From: Negaprion brevirostris
Taxonomy: Eukaryota
NCBI GenBank assembly: GCA_030324005.1
Contig: JARDVH010000115.1
Location: forward strand, 75,541,530 to 75,605,529
Direction of reading: 5' to 3'
DNA length: 64,000 nucleotides
Shown here: positions 25,996 to 40,129 of the stretch, one piece after another
How positions within the stretch are numbered: position 1 is the first letter of the stretch
How the letters are laid out: every line of letters starts with the position of its first letter
Made by a program: the position numbers and the translations under genes
The notes under the pieces: model-generated
Database searches by the model: none
The model's input: only the letters and a program-made list of their open reading frames with translations
What the model was told of the DNA's origin: nothing

Positions 25996-28069
25996 AGAAC
26001 GAACCCCACTCACCAGAAACGACAACCCTTTCTTAAAGAGTCTTCTCAAAGACCTTTCCCTTCAACTGTGTGGCCAGCCCACCCCGCTCAATCCCTCCCC
26101 TCCCATTCACCCTGACCAATTCCCCTCTTCCTCAGTGCCTGCTGGCGTGTTGCGTTCCGCAGCAAAGCAGCTGAAAAGCTATCCTTTCTGTCCACGGGCA
26201 GCGCTGTTACGAATACAAGGCACCACTTTATAAGAAAGGCAAAAAAATACTTATTTTGTGAAACCACATCGATAAAAACCCCTAAAGTATTTACAGTGCT
26301 NNNNNNNNNNNNNNNNTAAAAACGTTGACTGCTTATAATTAGCAGGAATTACCCACCTGTTACATAGCTGTTTTGTTATTTCACTGGTGTCCAAGAACAG
26401 TAAATCAGGGGGAGTTTGTGGCCTGCAGAAATGGTAACCAAGTACTTTTAGAAATGGGCACCCATTATGAAAAACAGGTGGCAAGCAAGCAGCTTTGTAG
26501 GTATGTGTGTGCAGCTTGTATTAATAAAATGTTCAAATAGCACAGGCAAAAAAAGGCAAACTGATACTTCAAGCAGCAGAATGGTCTGGTGGAAAGAGGG
26601 GAGGTTGATCTGATGCTGGGGGCAGCTTACATCATGCTCCTCCATTATCCCAAACCACAAGGATTGCATGACAGTATCTATCGGGCAACAACCTCACTGG
26701 TTGGATCTGAACTTGCTCTGGAAAAAAAAACAATTGTTCGAATTTCTTCACTGTACACCGCAGGGCACATTTCTGCTTGTATGTAGACCACACTGTTTCC
26801 CTTTGTCAGTGTGGCAATACCAATGATCTGTGACAACTTGCAAACCTGTAATACCTCAATGCAGTGGCCCTTTAATACTTGTGAGTACTATATCATGATA
26901 TTAAAAAAATAGTGAACCTAGGAAAATTATTCAGTTGCTTAAAGGCAGGTCAAAATTATGGGCTAATGTCGCAATATTATTATATCTGTGCAGGGAATTG
27001 TATATTAAAGCTAGATTTTCTGTCTCCTCTTTGAGGTAGCAAGTTTTTTTTCTTATTAATATCTAGTGGCGGCAGTTGTATGATAGAGCACATTGAGTCA
27101 ATGTGGCACATAGCTTTCATGCATAAATCAACTTTAATTTTAAGGTGGGTGGCAGCGAGGAAGCGGTATTGAATATAGACAGAGAAAAATAGAGTAAAAC
27201 AGAGTGAAGGATGCAGTGTACACAAATAAGCAGCTTAATGCATCTTGGCACACAGTGTAAGCCTTGTAGGAGCTCAAAAAGCCTCGGGCAATCTGTGAGT
27301 TGAATAGCAATTTTATTACTTTGTCATTAAACCAATTTCACAGCAGTATTGTTTGTTAATGAGTAGCAGCAAACGAGTGAAGATGTCACATAGTGGAATA
27401 GCAGTGAGATTTGTGACCAAGGAGTGCATCACTCAGATGAAAAGGCCATCGAAGGCTATAAAAAGGGACAATTTAGGGGAGGTGGGGGAAGGCAGTCAGG
27501 CTGATATTTTGGAGCTAACAGCTGTAGGAATAATGTCAAAATAAAACTTGGTAAACCAGATACGGGGAGCGGCGTAGCAGGCTGTGCTTTTACGCTGTTC
27601 AAGGCGGGGTGAAAGAGCATTTGTTTGGCTTGCTGCGTTAGCTGCTACATTTTGTAAAATAAAATATTCTTTCATTTAATGACACTTGCATTATCAGAAG
27701 TCTTTGTGGAATATGGCACATGAGTTTGGGAAATGCTTTATTGACTGAATAAATAGTCCTGCCCTCACGAGCTGCCAGCTTTTCCTTTTAAAATACAGAG
27801 TATGGGTGTCACTACAGCAACACCTCACCGCCACCCCCCCTCCATCTTCAATCCACAGAGATTTGTAGTTCAGACGACAAAGTTTGCTTCAGCAGAGGTT
27901 TTAGCTGGTGTGTCATTCAAATACACCTACTCAGCGATGTGCACTCTCCTCTAGGGGGCACGCTGACATCGCTTAGGCAGTATAACTGCAGTCTCAGCTG
28001 GCACTTCCCGCAGAGTATGCCATGTGGAATCTTGCATTCAACCCTGATCCTCTCACAGATCTTGAATGG

Positions 28070-28273
28070 GATGTAGCATTGCCGGCGTCGGACTGGGGTG
28101 GGCACAGTCTGTAGTTTCACAGCACTAGGTTAAAGTCCAACAGGTTTATTTGGTAGCACGAGTTTCAGAGCACTGCTCCTTCATCAGGTGAGTGCCTGCT
28201 GAAGGAGCAGTGCTCCAAAAGCTTGTGCTGCCAAATAAACCTGTTGGACTTTAACCTGGTGTTGTGAGATCTT
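28070..28273. mobile_element. Penelope-like element terminal fragment forming a ~73-bp-arm inverted repeat
   Basis: Arms 28117-28189 and 28194-28267 are reverse complements. Each arm has a ctga(t)gaaggagcagtgctc(c/t)gaaa-like motif followed by aataaa. Confidence 0.7.
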
Positions 28274-28384
28274 GAACAGGCCTTTGCAAGAAAAAAGGAC
28301 TTTGACTTTAGAAGTCAAATTTACATTGGATGGTTATGAACTATTTTCAGTGGAACTCATTTTTTTAAGATGTGCTTAAACATC

Positions 28385-28930
28385 CTCAAAATGAGGATAG
28401 GTTACATGAACTTGCCTTGCATTCCCCTGAGTATAGAAGATTGAAGGATGCTCTGATTGAAATGTTAGCTTTGTGGTGGCACGGTAGCACAGTGGTTAGC
28501 ACTGCTGCCTCACAGTGNNNNNNNNNNNNNNNNNNNNNNNNNNNNNNNNNNNNNNNNNNNNNNNNNNNNNNNNNNNNNNNNNNNNNNNNNNNNNNNNNNN
28601 NNNNNNNNNNNNNNNNNNNNNNNNNNNNNNNNNNNNNNNNNNNNNNNNNNNNNNNNNNNNNNNNNNNNNNNNNNNNNNNNNNNNNNNNNNNNNNNNNNNN
28701 NNNNNNNNNNNNNNNNNNNNNNNNNNNNNNNNNNNNNNNNNNNNNNNNNNNNNNNNNNNNNNNNNNNNNNGATGTGGAAAAAAAATTCCTTCACTGGCAT
28801 CAAGAACATAGGAATTAGGAGCAAAAATAGGGAAATTCAGCCCTTGGAGCCTGCCCCACCATTCAATCAGCTCATGGTTGCTTTCTGGCTGGTCTCAAAT
28901 CCACCTCCCCACCTGTTCCCCATATCCCTA
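28385..28930. mobile_element. Cluster: CR1 ORF2 C-terminal fragment (+), HE1 head running into the gap (28475-28517, +), CR1 tail (28803-28930, -)
   Basis: EDRLHELALHSPEYRRLKDALIEM resembles CR1 YEERLxxLGLYSLExRRLRGDLIE; ggcacggtagcacagtggttagc; aagaacataggaattaggagc. Confidence 0.65.
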
Positions 28931-31900
28931 CTTTATTAGAAACACAAGCACATAACATTAGAACTAGAACATTCAGCAACGTAATGAAGTGATTGATTAC
29001 ACAAAGAGTATTAGAAACCTGGATTATTCCCCTCCCACCTATAGGCAGTGGGCTCTCGCTCAGTTGGCCCTGGGAAAACAGAGATTGATCAGGTTTTTAA
29101 TAGGTTAGGGCGTCAAGGGGATTATGAAGCTACGTCTGGTAACGGGTGTTGAGGTATAGATTGGCCGTGTGATCAACTTGAGTAATGGGGCAGGCACAAG
29201 GAGGGGGGGGAGGGGGCTGTAACTGGTGGGACAACTGTTCCTAATGCTCCAATTCCAACCCACGCCAGAATTGAGATGAAACTGTACGGCTGGTATCACG
29301 AGTTTGAGGTGTTGATGATTTTCTGGGTTAGTGTACCCGTGTGATTAGAACCTCTTCCGAGCCAGTGCTCATCGTCACAATCCTGGGAGTTCAGCGAGAC
29401 TTTTTTTTAATGCCTTTCAGGCCAGGAACAACTGCTGACCTGTTCTAGTTGGCAACTTTTCAAGCATATTTTGCTCCCGGGGTACCACTGGATAGAATTG
29501 CCAGACAGATCAAGTCACTTTCAGATTCCTGCCATTATATATTTTCACTGCTCTTAAGATAATACTCTGCAGCAATTGCATAAAGTGTTGTATTTTGGAA
29601 GGAAAATAATCAACGCTGCTGTTGTTGGAAAGAAAAAGGGGGAGCGCAGACTCTGAAAGGAATTTGAAATGCTTGCATTTGTGTACCAGAGCACCTGGCG
29701 GTTTCACATGCAAGAGAATATTTCAGGGTAATTGGTGACGCCACTGATAGCCAGCTTGTAGCAAGCAGGCATTTAAACTGGGACACCACGTTTGGCAAAA
29801 AAAAAGGTGAAGATAAATCGAATTAAAGAGGATTCCACAAAAGGTCTGATGTTATCAAACCTGATCAGACACTCTGATAGAGGCTGCGGGTTGTGAATGT
29901 GTTAATTAAACCTTTCCTGAGCTTGAGTGCTGCCCATAGATTTCCAACATTCAGGTAGCGGGGATCCACGCACATGGACGAAATCAGGTCACTTTTGGTC
30001 ACAGGGACTTTTATTTTTTGCGTTAAGGTTGCCAAATTACTGCAGTCGGCTCTTTGAAGCCATGCACTGACTGAGTTTAAATTGTCGACTGAACAGAGTT
30101 TCAGAGAAAATGTGCAAATATTAATAATGAGTTTTGCTAGATAGTTAGGGAACAAGCTGGGGACTAGGACTAATAGTCATCTGTCTTCAGTGGTTAAGTC
30201 TAGACACCAGTTCCTGATCCCATGTGTGTGAAAATTTGGCCTCTGATAATAATGAATCAATAGAAGGAAAGAAACAATTTAATATTCAAAATGAAGAACT
30301 ACTTGTCCAGTGCAAGAAAAAAAGATGGGAACCAGTCAAATTGTAATCTGGCTTAGTTTCTGTCCTGATGTTTAACTACAGTTTAGAATTTGTTTTAGAA
30401 TTTGTACCAGTTGGCACTGTCATTGTACCCAGATCCCTTCTTGGGGAAAAAAAAAGATATTGAGAAATTTAGAACTTCAGTACTTCAAGGTTGTCCATTA
30501 TCTTTTATCTTTTACTCGGATATGAGAGTTTCATCAAAGTAGGTCAACTCCTTCGCTTTTCTCTAAATGCTGAAAGATAAGTCANNNNNNNNNNTTTGAT
30601 AGTCTCAGCTACAGGGCTGCTGAAGCCTGTAGGAGAATTCATAGTGCGATTGACAAGTCTAAAATATCGCCCCCTTTAGGATATTTCAGCTATTATCACG
30701 TTAACCTTGTCTAAACTTGCACAAATTATTAGTGGATATTGAAAAGAGCTAATTTATTGTTATAATTTGATGACGCTGAGGACACACGTTATCGTCTTGA
30801 TATCTGGTGCGGTTGTGTAAATCCACTGTGTGTGACTTCAGTGAGTGGCGAAGAGGCCAATTTGAATGGTGCCCATCAGTCATGTTGGTGACTCAGCACT
30901 GCCTCATTACATCACATTTATTCTTCTGCTCAAAAACCACAATGGCTGGGCAGATCATTCTGACTAACANNNNNNNNNNNNNNNNNNNNNNNNNNNNNNN
31001 NNNNNNNNNNNNNNNNNNNNNNNNNNNNNNNNNNNNNNNNNNNNNNNNNNNNNNNNNNNNNNNNNNNNNTCATTCAGACTAACAGCAAGGAGGCTTCCTC
31101 TCTCAGTTTCAAAACCTTGGTTTCAATGACAAAGATTGGCGAGCGAGAGGGGGTCATAAACTAACATCAGCTCCAGGAGTCTGGGTAATTCTGTTAATGA
31201 GGGGTGACTCATGATCAGAATATAATTTTTTTTTTAAAAATGCATTCTACAAATGTTGCTCATTCTTGAATTTCAATGTGAATTAAAACAAGTTAGCACT
31301 TGGAGAGGGGTGTTTTTCACACAAATTGCAGGGGTGAATAATAGAGAAAGCACCACCAATGTTGTAAGACTCTGAAAATGTGATTCAGTGGCCTTCGGGA
31401 CGAACCTGACACACCAGCTCTACAACCAGTATCTGCTTTCATTTGTACTTTCTTGACAGTTAGGCTTTGTGACTTTTGCCTTGGGATTTGTGAGCAGTCT
31501 GACTGGTCTGTTGTTTCAACCCAGCGCTATACCAGCAGGTACAAATATAGCTCCTGATCCCACTTTCATGTTGAACGCTCGCATTTAATTCTGCATTCGG
31601 AGCCTAGAGTATGTTTTACAGGGGAGCAGCGAATAAATTCAGCCTCAATTCTGACGCGACGCAATTGTACATCTTCTGATTAGATTGTTGATGATCATTG
31701 CTAGCTGTGTAGATGTGTCCTTGTATAGGAGGTACTTAACAGAGGCTCAGGCAGAGTGGGTGTTGAAAATGAAGTTTGAGTAGGGGCTGTTGGGCTTGGG
31801 AGTGATGTTGGGTGTTATTGATCAAACAATTATCACTTTGCCCTGCCGCTGTTGCTGGCAAATAATAATTCAAAACTCTGCTGACACACCGAGCTGCCCA

Positions 31901-34900
31901 CTGTAATGACAGAGCAACAACTCTCTGTGGAGTCAATCAGTCCCATAATTGAGATATTTTCCACTCTGCCCCCTGATTCACTGCTCTTATTCCAAATGAC
32001 ACTTGCAGGAGTACTTGGAGATCAGGCACTTCAGTTTATTGACCTGAACTGGTGGTTTTAAAAGTTTGTAAGGTACAAAAGAAAAGCAAATACATTATTT
32101 ACTGTTGCAAAATATGAAAGGCTGCAAATAAAATAGAAACCATTCCCTGTGTTGCTGTTATGTACAAAGTTAAATCATGCCCATCTCAAAATGAAATGTA
32201 AAAATTTAGCACCATCCCAAAAATTCTGAATTCTGGATTTGTTGTATTTAAATCTATTCATATAATCTTGAATCCAATTGAGTAACTCAACACGACTGAA
32301 TGAATGATAGATTATTTAACATTTATTATCATGGATGATTAATAGCAAAGTATCTTAGCCACATCAGATTTATCTATAAAGAGATGATATACATTGAGTT
32401 ATCCAAAATTATTTCATGGAAACCATCTATTGATGCCATACTCTGGAAGCTACGAGCTAAAGTGAGTGATGTACATGGTAACATCTGGCAGTAGTGAAGA
32501 GGGTGATTTTCCTTCAGCGATATACATGTCAAGATATCAAATGTCAACATTTTTGGACTCGGGTTAATGGAGCTTCCCCTAGAATAGGGATCTTCATTCT
32601 GATTTGTTCCCGGGATCCTGAGAGATTTTTTTTCCCCCTCTGACTGACAGACAGACAAATATAAAATAACCTCTTTAATCCATGTTCTTTAGGTCTTATA
32701 GCCTTAATAAATAAAAAAGGAAAAATGTTCTTGACTGCGAATCAGGCTTGAGAGGTCAACGGAAAAATGAAGTATACTTCAGGCAAAATTTGCCATTGGG
32801 GAGAATTGAGCATTCTTTCATGGTATTGCAATGGATAGTGTGTGCAGGTTGGACTAGATGGTTGCCACAATAAGGCTCCTTTCATACAGGTGTGTTTATG
32901 CCCCAGGCGTGTTGGCCACAGTCCATTCAATGTACAGAAGTTAAATTGAACAATAACAACTGAATCTCGAAAGGTGAGCATCAGAGGAGATGCCTAAGAG
33001 CTGTCTCCCAGCCAACGAAAGCCTGTTGCAGTTGTCAGAGCTTGTTGATGTTGCAGTGAACAGAGCAGTTTTGCACCAGATTTTGTGGTTCTGCCTTAGG
33101 AAAGAGAGCAAAATAGAACAGAAGAACAAAGTCCTGGTACATAAATCAGCAGCTGCTCTTTGCCAGATCAAAGGGGTGACATTCTCGCTCCTGGTCTGCA
33201 TGTCCACTTCAGGTGGTTGATAGACAGTTACCAGCTGCCCAACTGAGCCATGACTGTTTTTTTTATTTGGAATTAATAAGGAAATTCATCATGATTTGAA
33301 ATGGAAAAAAATGTTAAAGGAAAAGTGAAAGTATGAAATTGTGCAAACGCCTTTACTTTAAGGCCAAACCTTGGAGGAACTAAATTACCTCCTCTTGCTA
33401 ATTATTCACTGAACTACATTGGAACTTTATCCGCTAATTTGTGTTATCGAGCCAAGATGTAAGTGCTGTCCCGTCAAATTCACCTCAAGAGCAAAGATGT
33501 TCGGGTTTTAATTATTTTATTTTAGTTCACTTCTCAATGGACACCTACACTTTCCCATTCAGGGCATCATTTAATTTGTTGTATCCCTTACAACTGTAAT
33601 TACTGTGTCTCATCCTTGTTTATCTAAGGTACAAGTTAAAAAATACATACTTTCCCCGCACAGATGGTTATCTTTAAACACCAATAGGCTAAAGCAGAAT
33701 ATTCTTCAACCAATACTATCAAACTATAAAGTACAGTTTGCTGGATCCCATCACATTTTAGTGCTGTATCCACAGTTTTGGAATATATTGTTAATTTTGA
33801 AATCGTATAAATAATTAACACAAAAGGCTGTGTCATCAGTTTAATTAACTGCGTTGCAATGGTGTTATACATGATGTTATTACATTTTGGAGCACCGAAT
33901 GTTTATTAAATATAAGTCTGATTAATGCATTAGAATTGTAATCATCTACAAATTAAAATGTGAGTACATTTAAAATCGAAGTCATGGCAAAATTCAAAAG
34001 ACATAAAAAGTAATTAACACATTTAATTAAAAGATCAATGAAATAACGCTCTTTTTAAGAAATGAAGGAACTTCCATAAGGCAGGGTGAATTTAGTTGAT
34101 TAATTTAATTCATGAATATTACTTCTGGGAGATTCAAAATTACTTTATGAAGGAATTGTTGTACTTAAATATGAAGCCGAGAGGATGAATGAGCTTAAAT
34201 TGATGAATTGTCCAATTTATAAAATTAAACATATTTATTCACAAACTTCTGTTTGAATATATCAATATAGCTGTTGTTTAAAAACAGNNNNNNNNNNNNN
34301 NNNNNNNNNNNNNNNNNNNNNNNNNNNNNNNNNNNNNNNNNNNNNNNNNNNNNNNNNNNNNNNNNNNNNNNNNNNNNNNNNNNNNNNATATAGCTGTTGT
34401 TTAAAAACAGTGAGCGATATTTTCCGTTCTTGCAGCGTGTGTTTCCCGCCAGCAGGAGGTAGCGCGTTGTTTGCTAGCGGCGGAACCCTCTGGTTCCACC
34501 CCTGTCAAACGGAATTCCTATTAATGTCACTCTATGCTGACGGGACACTCACAGGCGGGGGTGCGCTGCCAGTGGGACTGGAGAACATATTGTCTCTGCA
34601 TCAGATCTGTCTAACGTCTCACAAGCTAAACTTGTCCAGCTTAAAAATCAGGCGGTTACATCTCACCATTTGAAATACAGCAGTTCAGAGCGTCCTCCTG
34701 TCTGGCAGAGAGGTCACGCAATCCCATCCCAAATATCAGGGACGGAGATCCTTGAATAAAAACAAGATTCATTCTTGACTGTTATGATGCAACAGAGGCA
34801 CCTGCTGTGTAGAGTATCCCAAGATCTGAAGATGAAGACATGAGATCCCCCATTGCATTGGCAATAAATCCTGGGAGGGGGTCGGTGGTGGCTGCATTAA

Positions 34901-35695
34901 ATTCCAAAAATAAACCTGAGCTGCCTCCGAGCAAATGTAGGTTGGGACAGTCAGAGGCCCAATGGGGTAGGATTCCCCGGTTAGCCAGAGAGCACACCCA
35001 GACATGCCTCTCTGAAGCACTGGTGGGACTTAAACAGGGCAGGCAAATGAAATGCACGTCTCACCTCACCACGCTCTACCCCTTCCCCATCCCCCGTACC
35101 ACCAGAGAGATTTGCTTTTTCCTGGTAAGGAAGCAGCAACCCAATGATTTCAATTCCTTTTCCAATCTCTGGCAGAAGCGCATTGAAAGGTGGAGCCATT
35201 GCCTCGTGACAAGAGTATGATCCCTGGGTGTTGAATTACCTCATTCAAATGACTGTTCATGAATGGGCTTATCTAAGATAAAGGGTGACATTGCCAAGTC
35301 TAATCCTGTCCTCTGATGGGATATTTGCCTATACTTATCAGGAACAATCACTGGATAACAATCAGAAGTGGAAACTCTGGCTACCTTGCTGACTAGATAC
35401 CTTAGATCACCCCCTGAGCCACTCGGACTCTTCCTTCATTTAATATGATTTGCAATATGCTCATAATATGACATAATCAAACAGTGTCATTGTGTGCTGT
35501 TACGTNNNNNNNNNNNNNNNNNNNNNNNNNNNNNNNNNNNNNNNNNNNNNNNNNNNNNNNNNNNNNNNNNNNNNNNNNNNNNNNNNNNNNNNNNNNNNNN
35601 NNNNNTTACGTCAGTCTTTCTCAACATTACTATTATTTGTTCATTCACATTGATCTCACTGCTTGCCACTCTTTTTCTCAATTACAAACAGAACA

Positions 35696-35995
35696 GGGCG
35701 GCACAGTGGCACAGTGGTTGACACCGTTGCTTCACAATACCAGGTTCGATTCCCGGCTTGGGTCGCTGTCTGTGTTCTCCCTGTGTCTGCGTGGGTTTCC
35801 TCCGGGTGCTCCGGTTTCCTCCCAAAGTACAAAGATGTGCAGGTTAGGTGGATTGGCCATACGAAATTGCTCTTCAGTGTCAGGGGGACTAACTAGGGTA
35901 AATGCATGGGGTTATAGGGATAGGGCCTTGGGATTGTGGTCGGTGCAGGCTCAATGGGCCGAATAGCCTCCCTCTGCACTGTAGGGGTTCTATGA
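35696..35995 (+). mobile_element. HE1-like SINE (type A)
   Basis: gggcggcacagtggcacagtggtt, ggttcgattccc, V-domain, CR1 tail. Confidence 0.88.
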
Positions 35996-36268
35996 ACATT
36001 GAATTCACATCTGTAAAAAAAATTCTATAACCAATAATGCATTTACACGTTAACATCACTTTTTTAAACACTTTCACAGGAGCTTTATAATATTGTTGAT
36101 ATAGGAATGTTGATAATTCATTATGTCATTGGATAAGTATATATTTTTTGATTTGATTTTATTTAACATTTATATTTGTAACTATGATTGGCTATATTGT
36201 ATGCTGAGTAGGTGGATTATCACCAGGTAAATTCTACAGCACAGGGTTCCATCTTCTGAGTGAGGTTA

Positions 36269-36463
36269 GGGTGCTCCAGTTTCCTCCCACAGCCCAAAGA
36301 TGTGCAGGTTAGGTGGACTGGTCATGCTAAATTGTCCCTTAGGGTCTCAAGATGTATAGGGTAGATTTGTGGGGTTATGGCAATAGGGCCTGTGCTGGAG
36401 AGTTGGTGCAGTCTTGACGGGCCAAATGGCCTCCTCCTACACTGTAGGGATCCTATGATTCTA
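36269..36463 (+). mobile_element. 5'-truncated HE1-like SINE (type A)
   Basis: gggtgctccagtttcctcccacagcccaaagatgtgcaggttagg...ctgtagggatcctatgattcta. Confidence 0.85.
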
Positions 36464-37987
36464 AGTTTAAATGCTTTAAATACTTCGTTGGAAACATCTC
36501 AATCTTGGGCTCACTTTAGCTGTTTTCCGAATGTGTGTGCTCACAAAATATAACTTCATTATCAATATTATTTGCATTAATCAAGTAGCATTATTACAAA
36601 ATCTGTAAGCTTTTGAAATGTGATAGATTCACACTACACCCTGCACGTAGCACAGACAAAAACTTGCTTAATTGTAGATTTGCATAGAACAGGAGTGACT
36701 GTACCAGTACAAACAAGCTGGGACCTGACCAGAATGTGTGAGTCATCTTCATTCCTGGATCAACATAAGCCAAGGGTATGTGAAGAAAGAACTTGCATTT
36801 ATATAGCACCTTATCACATCTCTTGGGTCGTCCTAAAGTGCTGCATCCATTTTGGATTACTTTGAAGTCACTACGTTGGTAAATGCAGCAGAAATCACTG
36901 GGAACATCAGGACCATGAACAGATTCGGGATGTTGCTCTGGACACATATTGCCTCCACAAAGTGTGTCATCTCCTTGTATTCCTGTGATGTACAACTTTG
37001 CCTCTCACAGGGCGCCCACAAATCTGTGGTGATCTTTTAAAGCAACTCATGTTATGAAAATGGTTACTGTAAGCAACTTTGTGATGGATAATAGCCCGTA
37101 GCTGTAATTCTGTCAACCTGGTGCCTGAGATTCTACCTCGGGGACTCTACGAGATGACAGTAGTGCATCACAACCTTCTAAAGGCAAACTTGAAGATTAC
37201 CACTTTTAACACAGTGGTCACACAGGCATGACACTTATCAAGGGAGATGAGTCATGATACAGTCGCAGGAGCAGAACAATATCCACCATCCCCGCTGGGG
37301 GTGATTGATAGGGTGGGGTCAGGATCTTGCACCAAGCATGAGTATAGCAGAGATCAGGTTTTGCTGTTTCACAAACCCACTGAAGACAAGTGGAATTCAG
37401 TCCCTATCATCAGAGGGTCTGGTGTTTTTTTAATTCATTCCTGAGATGTAGGTTTTGCTGGCAAAAGCAGCATTGTTGCCCATTGCTGGTTGTCTCGCAG
37501 TGCGTAACATCATGAACTATATGGCTAGTTCCGTGAGCCGACACCACCATTGGGACAAGGTCCTTGGCACCGCATCGCAATGTTTCCATGTCTGAGCACT
37601 GATCCAGAATTTTCCAAATGATGCAAATCTCTTGTGTAAGAACCTGGATACTGCAAGCCTAGTGTTTAACCCGTGTGAGAGGCAGTATGTGTACTGTCAT
37701 TAACAAGAAGGAAGCATTACCATTATTACAACATCACGAGTCTGTTTTCACTACTGACAGAATAGAATCATTTTTCAAAACCTCTTTGGCCAGAGAATGC
37801 ACGCTGGGATTTCTGCAGTCTGACTGGATATCCTTCCTTCATCCTGTGGGAGAAATTTTGGTGAAAATTAGATTACAACTCTTTGGAGGTTAAATTGACA
37901 TTCTACAAAATCTGTACTTAAGTCTGATTTTGCTTAATCGAGTGTATAATATCTTGCATTTATATAGCACCTTTCACACCAAAATAT

Positions 37988-38208
37988 CATTGAATCACTA
38001 CAGTGCAGAAAGAGGCCATTCAGCCAATGGGGCCTGTAATGACAACAATCCCACCGAGGCCTTATCCTCGTAGCCCCACATATTTACCCGCTAATCCCCC
38101 CGACACTAAGGGGCAATTTAACATGGCACATTTTTGGAATGTGGAAGGAAACCGGAGCATCCGGAGAAAACCCATGAAGACACGGAGTGAATGTGCAGAC
38201 TCCACACA
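37988..38208 (-). mobile_element. Partial HE1-like SINE (type A)
   Basis: ctacagtgcagaaagaggccattcagcc...ggaaaccggagcatccggagaaaacccat. Confidence 0.8.
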
Positions 38209-38290
38209 AGTGTCTGTGTGTCTCAAATGTCTCTAGGGGGAACACTTATTCCACAATGATCACTGTATCAAAATGCTTAGGTTGAACAGG

Positions 38291-39050
38291 GAAGAGGGAA
38301 ATCAGGAAGGCAAAACAAGGGTATGAGCTGGATCTGGCATGTAAGGTTAAAGAAAATCCCAAGAGGTTCTGTAGGAATATGAAGAGTAAAAGGGTGGATA
38401 GAGAGAGAATAGATCCCCTTAAAAATCGGCATGGCTGACTGTGTGTGGAACCACAGGAGATGGGTGGGATTTTTAATGAATATTTCTCCTCAGTGTTTAC
38501 TGAGGAGAAAATCATGGGTGCTAAAGAAATTAGGGAAACGACGATGATGTCTTGGGCCACAAGTATATTATTAGGGAGGAGGTATCTGCAGCCTTAAAGT
38601 GCACTAAGATGGATAAATTCCCGGGGCCTGATCAATTGCATCCTTGGATCTTGTGGGAGGCTAGGGAAGAAATTGCAGAAGCCCTTGCTGAGATCTTTGC
38701 TTCATCTCTTTGTCCGGGCAAAGTTCCAGAAGACTGGAGGGTGACTATTGTTTAAGAAGGGTGGCAAAGACAAGCCAGGGAATTACAGGCTGGTGAGCCT
38801 GACGTGAGTGGTGGGAAAGTTACAGGAGGGGATTCTGAGGAGCAGGGTATACCAATATTTGGATAGTTAAGGTCTGATTAGCAATAGTCGGCATGGCTTT
38901 GTCCGTGGGAAGTCATGTCTGACGAATCTTTCAGAGTTTTTCAAAGAGGTAACCAAGAGGGTGGATGGGGTGTATGTAGTCTTCCAAAAAAATTTGATAA
39001 AAGTGCCACATAACAAGCTTGCAGCTAAGAGAAAGCCCACAGAATGAAAG
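38291..39050 (+). mobile_element. CR1 LINE ORF2 (pre-RT/RT) decayed fragment
   Basis: KENPKRF..., FNEYFSSVFT, PGPDQLHPWIL...VPEDWR, FKKGGKDKPGNYRLVSLT, HGFVRGKSCLTNL; contains stops and frameshifts. Confidence 0.92.
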
Positions 39051-39331
39051 GGACAGTCGCAGCAGGGATTCAACATTCCAAAATCAAAATCCAGGATCTT
39101 TAACCTCAGCCGAGGTTATTGTTGTGTGTCCTCTTGGCAGTCTCAGCCTCATGTATCCTCTTGGGATTTTCAGTGCATTTTGATGTTTGTACAGCTTTGT
39201 AAAGCGTCCCATACAGTTACATTGAAAGCAATGGGCAGAAATTGCTGGACATTGATCACTCCAATGGGTGCACCTTGCTCCACGTGGTTGGTCTATAGTT
39301 TGTTTGGGGTGTTGCTTCCCTTGGCCTGGAG

Positions 39332-39621
39332 TTTTATTTATTAGTACCACAAGTAAGGCTTACATTCACACTGCAATGAAGTTACTGTGAAAATCCCCTG
39401 GTTGCCACACTCCTGTTTGGGTACACTGAAGGAAAATTTAGCACGGCTAATGCACCTAACCAGCACGTCTGTCAGACTGTGGGAGAAAACTGGAGCACCC
39501 AGAGGAAACCCAGTCAGACATGGGGAGAACATGCAGACTCCGCACAGACAGTGACCCAAGCCGGGAATTAAACCCAGGTCCCTGGTGCTGTGAGGCAGCA
39601 GTGCTAACTACTGTGCTACCC
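39332..39621 (-). mobile_element. HE1/V-SINE-like element, tail type B, inserted in gag
   Basis: tttatttattagtaccacaagtaaggcttacatt...gctgtgaggcagcagtgctaactactgtgctacc. Confidence 0.88.
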
Positions 39622-40032
39622 ACAGAGCTACTCTGTTTCTGTGTTGTTTCACTAACTGGAGGTTGGGGTTTATTTTGGACCGCAGTTTGCTTTCTCCCCT
39701 TTCACGTGGATCTGTGCTGCAAGCAAATTTCAGATTGTCTGACTATCTGGTCGGCTTTCTCAAGGGTCAGACCATCCTTTGCTTGGAGCATATCTGAGAC
39801 AGCATTGTCCGCCACCACTCCTACAACCGTCCTATCCCTGAGTAGCTCAGATTTCAGATCACTGCAGTCACAGTCTACAGCCAGTCCAAACAGTTCATTT
39901 GTGAAGGAGTCGACAGGTTCTCCTGGCTGCTGGAAATGTTTATTGAATTTAACCCTTACAGGGATTCTGTTACTTCTGAGGTTAAAATGGATGTCAAATG
40001 ATTTTAAAACTTCATTAAATTTTGCGGATGAT

Positions 40033-40094
40033 TCACTGATTCTAGATATGAAATCACTGGTTATCACTGATTCTAGATATGAAATCACTGGTTA
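40033..40094. repeat. Perfect 31-bp tandem duplication
   Basis: tcactgattctagatatgaaatcactggtta occurs twice in tandem. Confidence 0.9.
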
Positions 40095-40129
40095 TCAAGG
40101 GTGCAGTGCATTAACTACTGTGTCATTGT

